Positions 8,971 through 14,798 of a stretch of DNA of 14,798 nucleotides are shown in pieces; the stretch's first letter is position 1; every line of letters begins with the position of its first letter. The DNA lies in NCBI GenBank assembly GCA_043732305.1, contig JAYTHU010000077.1, positions 1-14,798 of the forward strand, written 5' to 3'. The stretch comes from Oligoflexia bacterium. Lineage in GTDB: Bacteria > Bdellovibrionota > Bdellovibrionia > JABDDW01. The notes under the pieces were generated by a model. That model did no database searches and was not told where the DNA came from. It saw only the letters and a list, made by a program, of their open reading frames with translations. The position numbers and the translations under genes were made by a program.

Positions 8971-10284
8971 GTGGCTATCGAGGGGTTGGCAAAAATACCG
9001 GAGCTTAGAAAAAGAATTTTATTCGCGTTGGGGATGATAGCCATATATCGGCTGGGATCCCACGTTCCCACACCAGGAGTTAACACAGCAGCCCTTCAGA
9101 AGTTTTTTAGTGGCGCGAATGCCGGCGTTTTTGGCATGTTCAACTTGTTCAGTGGTGGTTCATTGCAAAGATTGTCGATCTTTTCATTGGGAATCATGCC
9201 TTACATTTCAAGTTCCATTATATTTCAATTATTAACAGCAGTGTTTCCTTACCTCGAAGCTTTGCAAAAAGAAGGCGAACAGGGCCGAAAGAAAATCGCT
9301 CAGTACACTCGGTACGGAACAGTTTTGCTTTGTATTATTCAAGGTTGGGGCATTTCCAGCTACCTGCAACACGGGACAAGTGGAGAACCATTGGTTCTCT
9401 CTAACACCGTTGGCGGTATTCCTTTCCCGCTAATGACGATCATCACTTTGACAGCCGGCTCATGTTTTATCATGTGGCTTGGCGAACAAATCACTGAACG
9501 TGGCATCGGCAACGGCACAAGTTTAATTATCTTCTCTGGAATCTGCGCAGGAATACCTACGGGATTTTTCAACAGCATGCAGCTCATTAAATCCGGTGAA
9601 ATGAGCACTGTCATTTTCATGGGACTTTTAGCTCTCATGGTGGCCGTGGTTTTTGTCATCATATTTTTAGAAGTTGGTCAGAGAAGAATCCCTGTGCAAT
9701 ATTCTCAACGAGTCTCTGGCAGAAAAGTCATGGGCGGGCAAAGCAGTCATTTGCCTCTTAAAATTAACGTTGCCAACGTTATTCCTCCAATTTTTGCATC
9801 TAGTCTTTTACTTTTCCCTACGACCCTTGCTCAGTTTGTAAATGCGTCTTGGGCTCAGCGGATCAAAGAAGCGATCACGCCTTCTGGAGTGATCTATAAT
9901 ATTCTATACGTTAGCCTGATTGTGTTTTTCTGTTTTTTCTACACATCCATTGTTTTCAATACAGATGACGTAGCAGAAAACTTGAAAAAATATGGTGGTT
10001 TCATTCCTGGGATTAGAGCGGGTAAGAGTACTGCTGAATATATTGAATCCGTATTGACCAAAATAACTGTTGCCGGAGCGATCTACATTAGTGCTGTTTG
10101 CGTTTTGCCAGGCATATTGATCAATCAAGCGAAGGTGCCTTTCTACTTCGGTGGAACTAGCATTCTTATTCTTGTGGGTGTTGCGCTTGATACGGTTCAG
10201 CAAATTCAATCGTACCTAATCACTCATCAATATGAAGGCTTCATGCGTGGAGCTAAAATCAAAAGCCGGAGGGCAAGCTTTTGA
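8971..10284 (+). CDS. secY: Preprotein translocase subunit SecY
   Basis: ELRKRILF, SIFSLGIMPYISSSII, WLGEQITERGIGNGTSLIIF, VIPPIFASS, FIPGIRAG, FGGTSILILVGVALD; many hydrophobic segments; GTG start. Confidence 0.99.
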   Translation: MAIEGLAKIPELRKRILFALGMIAIYRLGSHVPTPGVNTAALQKFFSGANAGVFGMFNLFSGGSLQRLSIFSLGIMPYISSSIIFQLLTAVFPYLEALQKEGEQGRKKIAQYTRYGTVLLCIIQGWGISSYLQHGTSGEPLVLSNTVGGIPFPLMTIITLTAGSCFIMWLGEQITERGIGNGTSLIIFSGICAGIPTGFFNSMQLIKSGEMSTVIFMGLLALMVAVVFVIIFLEVGQRRIPVQYSQRVSGRKVMGGQSSHLPLKINVANVIPPIFASSLLLFPTTLAQFVNASWAQRIKEAITPSGVIYNILYVSLIVFFCFFYTSIVFNTDDVAENLKKYGGFIPGIRAGKSTAEYIESVLTKITVAGAIYISAVCVLPGILINQAKVPFYFGGTSILILVGVALDTVQQIQSYLITHQYEGFMRGAKIKSRRASF

Positions 10285-10922
10285 ACATTGTCCTCTTTGG
10301 CCCGCCAGGTGCGGGCAAAGGAACTCAAGCCCACAGTATTTGTTCGCAATTTGAAATCCAGCACATCAGTACCGGCGATCTTCTCAGAAAAGCCATCAAA
10401 GACCAATCAAAGCTCGGAATAGAGGCTCAGGCCCTTGTGCAAGCGGGGCAGCTTGTTCCTGATTTGGTCGTGATTGGTATTATTCGAGAAACAATTCTAA
10501 ATTCTACAGCCAAAGGTTTTCTCTTTGACGGATTTCCACGAACTGTCGCCCAAGCGCAAGCTCTTGACGAACTTTTTATGGTTCAAAATCTCAAGCTGAA
10601 CAAAGCGGTGTTTTTAGAAGTAAATAAAAAGCATTTGATTGAAAGATTGTCCGGTCGAAGAGTCTGTTCAAAATGTGGGACCTCATTTCACATCATTATG
10701 AAACCTTCTTTGGTTCAAAATATTTGCGATGTTTGTGGTGGAATACTCGAGCAGCGCCCTGACGACAAAATCGAAGTCATCGAAAATCGTTTAAATGTTT
10801 ACGAAAAAAATACTTTGCCGTTAAAAGATTTTTATAAAAATGAAAAAAAATTCATTTTAGTAAATGGTGAAGGCACACCTGAGCAAGTTTTTGCGCGTAT
10901 TAATTCTGCAGTGAGGGAATGA
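10281..10922 (+). CDS. adk: Adenylate kinase, long form with Cys4 metal-binding LID
   Basis: P-loop GPPGAGKGTQA, HISTGDLLR, FDGFPRTVAQA, LID CSKC-x16-CDVC, QRPDD; TTG start overlapping the secY stop (TTGA). Confidence 0.98.
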   Translation: MNIVLFGPPGAGKGTQAHSICSQFEIQHISTGDLLRKAIKDQSKLGIEAQALVQAGQLVPDLVVIGIIRETILNSTAKGFLFDGFPRTVAQAQALDELFMVQNLKLNKAVFLEVNKKHLIERLSGRRVCSKCGTSFHIIMKPSLVQNICDVCGGILEQRPDDKIEVIENRLNVYEKNTLPLKDFYKNEKKFILVNGEGTPEQVFARINSAVRE

Positions 10923-11680
10923 TGTTTACCTTGAAATCAGAGCGAGAGATCAGCAAAATAAAAGACGCCTGCAAAATAGTTGCTGAAATTCTTCATGTCA
11001 TCAGTCAAGAAATTTCCGAAGGCATGACAACTAATGAGGTTGATAAACGTGCTTATGATTTGACAATTAAAGCGGGTGCGATTCCTGCTTTCAAAGATTA
11101 TCGCGGATTTCCAAAAACTATTTGCGCCAGTGTTAACGAAGAAGTTGTGCATGGAATTCCTGACAATCGAATATTAAAAAACGCTGACATTTTTGGTATT
11201 GATTTCGGTGTAGTTTATGACGGTTGGTACGGAGATTCTGCTGTGACTGTCCCTGTGGGGCAAGTTTCTGATGAGTGTAAAAAACTCATTAAGGTAACCG
11301 AAGAGTCGTTGTTTAAGGGGATCGACGCTTTCATTATGGGAAATAGGGTCGGCGACATTGGATATGCCGTCCAAGAACACGCGGAATCTCGTGGATATGG
11401 AATTGTTCGCGAATTTGTTGGACATGGAATCGGTCGCGCGTTACACGAAGAACCTCAGGTTCCAAATTTCGGCAAAAAAGGTACGGGCATGAAATTCGAA
11501 GTCGGCATGGTGATAGCAATCGAACCCATGGTGACGGTCGGAGATTTCCGAGTGAAAGTCCTTAAAAACAACTGGACAGCTGTAACTGTGGATGGTAGTC
11601 TCGCAGCTCATTTTGAACATACTGTAGCGATGACCTCGAATGGGCCGTTGATCTTAACGGATAGGACGCATTTAAACTGA
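10919..11680 (+). CDS. map: Type I methionine aminopeptidase
   Basis: CASVNEEVVHGIP, DFGV...GDSA, GHGIG..LHEEP, IEPM, AHFEHT metal-ligand motifs. Confidence 0.98.
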   Translation: MMFTLKSEREISKIKDACKIVAEILHVISQEISEGMTTNEVDKRAYDLTIKAGAIPAFKDYRGFPKTICASVNEEVVHGIPDNRILKNADIFGIDFGVVYDGWYGDSAVTVPVGQVSDECKKLIKVTEESLFKGIDAFIMGNRVGDIGYAVQEHAESRGYGIVREFVGHGIGRALHEEPQVPNFGKKGTGMKFEVGMVIAIEPMVTVGDFRVKVLKNNWTAVTVDGSLAAHFEHTVAMTSNGPLILTDRTHLN

Positions 11681-11701
11681 AACTTAAGCGGTAACGCCAG
11701 G

Positions 11702-11730
11702 TTCAAAATAGAATTGTAAATTGTTATAAA
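11702..11730 (+). promoter_or_regulatory. Candidate sigma70-type promoter upstream of rpmJ-rpsM-rpsK-rpsD-rpoA-rplQ
   Basis: TTCAAA (11702-11707), 17-bp spacer, TATAAA (11725-11730) preceded by TG at 11722-11723, in the longest spacer (90 nt). The region is AT-rich, so a chance match is possible. Confidence 0.35.
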
Positions 11731-11770
11731 GTAAGAGAGCTCATTGAGCTGCAAGATAGGAAATTAGAAA

Positions 11771-11884
11771 ATGAAAGTTCGCGCTTCAGTAAAAAAAATC
11801 TGTACAAAATGCCAAGTTATAAAACGTCGTGGCGTTATTCGCGTGATTTGTGACAACCCAAAACATAAGCAACGTCAGGGGTAA
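11771..11884 (+). CDS. rpmJ: 50S ribosomal protein L36 (bL36), Zn-ribbon (C+) form
   Basis: Not in ORF track; hand translation [37 protein letters not shown] (37 aa). Confidence 0.99.
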   Translation: MKVRASVKKICTKCQVIKRRGVIRVICDNPKHKQRQG

Positions 11885-11890
11885 TCGAAG

Positions 11891-12274
11891 ATGGCTCGTA
11901 TTTCCGGTATTGATCTTCCAAGAAATAAAAGAATAGTGATCGGCCTCACCTATCTCTACGGGATTGGTAAAAGTCTTTCTCAAAAAATCCTCACTGAAGC
12001 GGGCGTAGATGAATCTCGTCGAACCGACGAATTGTCTGACGTTGAAGTTTCTAAAATCAGAGAAGTCATTGATCGTGATCACAAAGTAGAAGGTGATTTG
12101 CGTCGTGATGTTTCCATGAACATCAAGCGTTTGATGGATCTCGGATGTTATCGCGGAATCAGACATAGAAAAAGTTTGCCTACCCGAGGCCAAAGAACAA
12201 GAACCAATGCTCGTACGCGTAAGGGTCCTCGTAAGACTATCGCGAACAAAAAATTGGCACCAACGTCTAAATAA
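11891..12274 (+). CDS. rpsM: 30S ribosomal protein S13 (uS13)
   Basis: [52 protein letters not shown]. Confidence 0.99.
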   Translation: MARISGIDLPRNKRIVIGLTYLYGIGKSLSQKILTEAGVDESRRTDELSDVEVSKIREVIDRDHKVEGDLRRDVSMNIKRLMDLGCYRGIRHRKSLPTRGQRTRTNARTRKGPRKTIANKKLAPTSK

Positions 12275-12290
12275 TTAGAGGAACTTAAAA

Positions 12291-12695
12291 ATGGCAACCC
12301 CTGAAATCGTAAAAAAAGGCGCTCTTAAAAAGAAAAAAGTGAAACGTAATGTTCAGTCTGGACTAGCATTCGTTCAAGCTTCTTTCGGAAACACCATCGT
12401 CACCATCACAGATGTTGGCGGAGGAACACTTAGTTGGTCGAGCGCCGGTCACAAGGGTTTCAAAGGATCCCGTAAAGGCACTCCCTTTGCAGCTCAAGTG
12501 GCTGCCGAAGATGCTGCCCGTAAAGCAATTGAAAATGGAATGAGAACCGTCACTGTATTTGTGAAAGGTCCCGGAGCTGGTCGTGAACCCGCATTGCGTG
12601 CAATGGCCGCTGCAGGTCTTAAGATCACATCCATCAAGGACACAACACCAATCCCTCATAACGGGTGCCGTCCTCCAAAAAGACGTCGAATTTAA
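12291..12695 (+). CDS. rpsK: 30S ribosomal protein S11 (uS11)
   Basis: [51 protein letters not shown]. Confidence 0.99.
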   Translation: MATPEIVKKGALKKKKVKRNVQSGLAFVQASFGNTIVTITDVGGGTLSWSSAGHKGFKGSRKGTPFAAQVAAEDAARKAIENGMRTVTVFVKGPGAGREPALRAMAAAGLKITSIKDTTPIPHNGCRPPKRRRI

Positions 12696-12712
12696 TTTTT
12701 AGAAGGAACACT

Positions 12713-12719
12713 AGGAGGT
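12713..12719 (+). promoter_or_regulatory. Strong Shine-Dalgarno (AGGAGGT) of rpsD
   Basis: Near-perfect anti-SD complement just upstream of the TTG start at 12723. Confidence 0.75.
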
Positions 12720-12722
12720 CCT

Positions 12723-13349
12723 TTGAGTCGTTCAGTAAGACAAGTTTGTAAACTTTGCCGCCGAGAAAACATGAAGCTCTTTTTGAAGGGTGAACGTTGC
12801 TACACAGATAAGTGTAGTTTCGATAGACGTCCCTATCCTCCTGGTCAGCATGGCCAAGCACGAGTGAAATTCTCTGAATTTGCTTTGCAGTTGAGAGAAA
12901 AGCAAAAAGTTAAACGAGTTTATGGAATCTTTGAAAATCAATTCCGTAGATATTTCCGCGAGGCTGAAAAGGCTAAGGGCGTCACTGGTGAGACCCTCCT
13001 TTTGAAACTCGAAAGACGATTAGATAACACCGTTTATCTTTTAGGTTTTGCCAATAGCCGTACAGAGGCTAGACAGCTGGTGAAACACAGTCACTTCTTA
13101 GTCAATGGAAAGAAAGTTGATATTCCAGGATTTGAAGTGCGCAAAGGTGATGTGGTTGAAGTTCGCGAAAAGAGCCGCGCTATGACTAAAATCATGGCTG
13201 GTATCGATAGCATCAAGAGACGGGAAATGCCTAAGTGGCTCGAACCTTCTCATGGTGAATTCAAGGGTACGATCAAAGATATTCCTACCCGCGAAGATGT
13301 GACCTTCCCCATCGAAGAACATATGATTGTTGAGTATTATTCACGTTAA
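12723..13349 (+). CDS. rpsD: 30S ribosomal protein S4 (uS4), Cys-containing (C+) form
   Basis: [63 protein letters not shown] start after SD AGGAGG. Confidence 0.99.
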   Translation: MSRSVRQVCKLCRRENMKLFLKGERCYTDKCSFDRRPYPPGQHGQARVKFSEFALQLREKQKVKRVYGIFENQFRRYFREAEKAKGVTGETLLLKLERRLDNTVYLLGFANSRTEARQLVKHSHFLVNGKKVDIPGFEVRKGDVVEVREKSRAMTKIMAGIDSIKRREMPKWLEPSHGEFKGTIKDIPTREDVTFPIEEHMIVEYYSR

Positions 13350-13363
13350 GTTTGGGAGAAACA

Positions 13364-14383
13364 ATGCAAGAGTATTATTTTAAGTTCTGGAGAGATTTGA
13401 TCAAACCTAAAGGCTTCGAAGTCGAAAAAGACAGCCTTGCGGATACTTACGGTAAATTTACCGTTAAGCCCCTCGAACGCGGCTACGGCGTGACGATTGG
13501 AAACTCTCTTCGCAGAATTCTCATGGGTTCCATGATGGGTTCCGCTGTGACTGCTGTTCGTTTTGACGGCATCATGCATGAGTTTACATCCGTCCCTGAC
13601 GTGGTTGAAGATGTGACCGATATTATTCTCAATTTGAAATTGGTCCGATTTAAAATGTTTTCGGCTAATCCCAAAACTTTGAAAATCGAAAAAAATACTG
13701 AAGGTCCTATCACCGCTGCTGATATTCAATTGGATGATCAGATTGAGATTCTCAATCCTGAACAACACATTGCTACTCTCGGTAAAGGTGGAAAATTCAG
13801 TGCTGAAATCGTGGTTAAGCTCGGTCGCGGATATGTTCCCTCAGAAGAACATGGCCAAGATTTGCCCCTCGGATATATTGCAGTTGACTCTAAGTTCAGT
13901 CCTATCACTCGCGTAAACTACAATGTAACTTACGCTCGAGTCGGACAACGAACTGACTATGACAAGCTGACATTTGAAGTTTGGACTGACGGAAGTATTC
14001 AACCAGAAGACGCCGTGAGCCTTGGTTCAAAAATTATGAAAGAACAACTCCAAGTTTTCATTAACTTTGATGAAAGCACAGAGCCAGAAACTGATGAAAC
14101 TGGCGGAGCATCTCCTACATTGAATGAAAATCTTTTCCGTTCAGTGGACGATTTGGAACTCTCCGTTCGTTCCGCGAACTGTTTGAAAAATGCCAATATC
14201 CGGTACATCGGTGAATTGGTTCTGAAATCTGAAGCCGAAATGCTGAAGACTAAGAATTTCGGACGAAAATCTCTTAACGAGATCAAAGATATTTTAGGCC
14301 AAATGGGTCTATCTTTGGGAATGAAAATGGAAGGTTGGCCTCCAGTTGGCTGGAACCCCAACGAACCTCAAAAAGATAACTAA
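13364..14383 (+). CDS. rpoA: DNA-directed RNA polymerase subunit alpha
   Basis: [32 protein letters not shown], alpha-[15 protein letters not shown]...[14 protein letters not shown]. Start placed at ATG 13364 after SD GGAGA rather than TTG 13352. Confidence 0.99.
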   Translation: MQEYYFKFWRDLIKPKGFEVEKDSLADTYGKFTVKPLERGYGVTIGNSLRRILMGSMMGSAVTAVRFDGIMHEFTSVPDVVEDVTDIILNLKLVRFKMFSANPKTLKIEKNTEGPITAADIQLDDQIEILNPEQHIATLGKGGKFSAEIVVKLGRGYVPSEEHGQDLPLGYIAVDSKFSPITRVNYNVTYARVGQRTDYDKLTFEVWTDGSIQPEDAVSLGSKIMKEQLQVFINFDESTEPETDETGGASPTLNENLFRSVDDLELSVRSANCLKNANIRYIGELVLKSEAEMLKTKNFGRKSLNEIKDILGQMGLSLGMKMEGWPPVGWNPNEPQKDN

Positions 14384-14397
14384 GAAGGATTTGACCT

Positions 14398-14798
14398 ATG
14401 AGACATGGAGCACGGACACAGAGTTTTAGCCGACCATTTAACCAACGCAAATGGTTGTTTAGAAACTTGGCAGTAAGCTTGATCGAGCATGAGCGCATCA
14501 CAACCACTTTAGCTAAAGCTAAAGAATTACGTCGAGTGGTAGAAAAAGCCGTGACTCTTGGCAAACGCGGATCACTTGCTGATCGTCGCTTGCTCATGGC
14601 GCGTATTCCTAATGAACTGACTGTCAAAAAAGTATTTAGTGATTTGGCGCCACGTTTTAGTACCAGACCCGGTGGTTACACTCGCATTTATCGCGTGTCT
14701 AGGCGTCCTGGTGACAGTGCTGAAATGGCCATCATTGAATTCATTGATGCGAAGATCAAACAGCCGTTGAGTGCTGATGAAGCAAAGCTCGAAGCAAA
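14398..14798 (+). CDS. rplQ: 50S ribosomal protein L17 (bL17), partial (no stop in window)
   Basis: Hand translation MRHGARTQSFSRPFNQRKWLFRNLAVSLIEHERITTTLAKAKELRRVVEK...RPGGYTRI...RPGDSAEMAIIEF; directly after rpoA. Confidence 0.98.
   Translation, partial: MRHGARTQSFSRPFNQRKWLFRNLAVSLIEHERITTTLAKAKELRRVVEKAVTLGKRGSLADRRLLMARIPNELTVKKVFSDLAPRFSTRPGGYTRIYRVSRRPGDSAEMAIIEFIDAKIKQPLSADEAKLEA

Noticed and set aside
10795..10865. Very AT-rich patch with A-runs near the 3' end of adk (11 G+C in 10801-10860), considered as foreign DNA, a slippage site or an internal map promoter
   Set aside because: The adk frame is intact and Lys/Asn/Phe/Ile codons explain the composition; TTGCCG to TATAAA spacing is only 12 bp, unsuitable for sigma70.
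2478..13916. Short alternative-frame + strand ORFs (2478-2687, 7615-7863, 13734-13916)
   Set aside because: Nested in rplB, rplR and rpoA, with no convincing SD or protein features.
172..14627. Many minus-strand ORFs in the track (e.g. 694-1104, 4983-5366, 5600-6001, 11786-12193, 13346-13768, 13999-14361)
   Set aside because: All lie antisense to conserved housekeeping genes and show no recognisable motifs; such shadow ORFs are expected from codon bias in highly expressed genes.
1..14798. Novel system, mobile element, intron/intein, CRISPR array, tRNA or rRNA
   Set aside because: Nearly every base belongs to known genes of normal length, the largest spacer is 90 nt, and I saw no repeat arrays, transposase or integrase fragments, large in-frame insertions or premature stops.

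Overview
This window is the core bacterial ribosomal-protein superoperon (S10-spc-alpha), entirely on the + strand: 3' end of tuf, then rpsJ-rplC-rplD-rplW-rplB-rpsS-rplV-rpsC-rplP-rpmC-rpsQ, rplN-rplX-rplE-rpsH-rplF-rplR-rpsE-rpmD-rplO-secY-adk-map-rpmJ, and rpsM-rpsK-rpsD-rpoA-rplQ (rplQ runs off the right edge). The style of uL3 and RpoA suggests a Bdellovibrionota/deltaproteobacteria-like organism (inference from recalled family features, not searched). I see no mobile element, CRISPR array, RNA gene or accessory gene, and no evidence of a new biological system. The real departures from the canonical layout are the absence of rpsN (uS14) between rplE and rpsH and of infA between map and rpmJ. 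Lesser points are a remodelled uL24 C-terminus, extended or divergent termini on several r-proteins, Zn-binding forms of bL36, uS4 and Adk, and three short spacers with candidate cis-regulatory structure. tuf (partial), rpmJ and rplQ (partial) were missing from the ORF track and were translated by hand.
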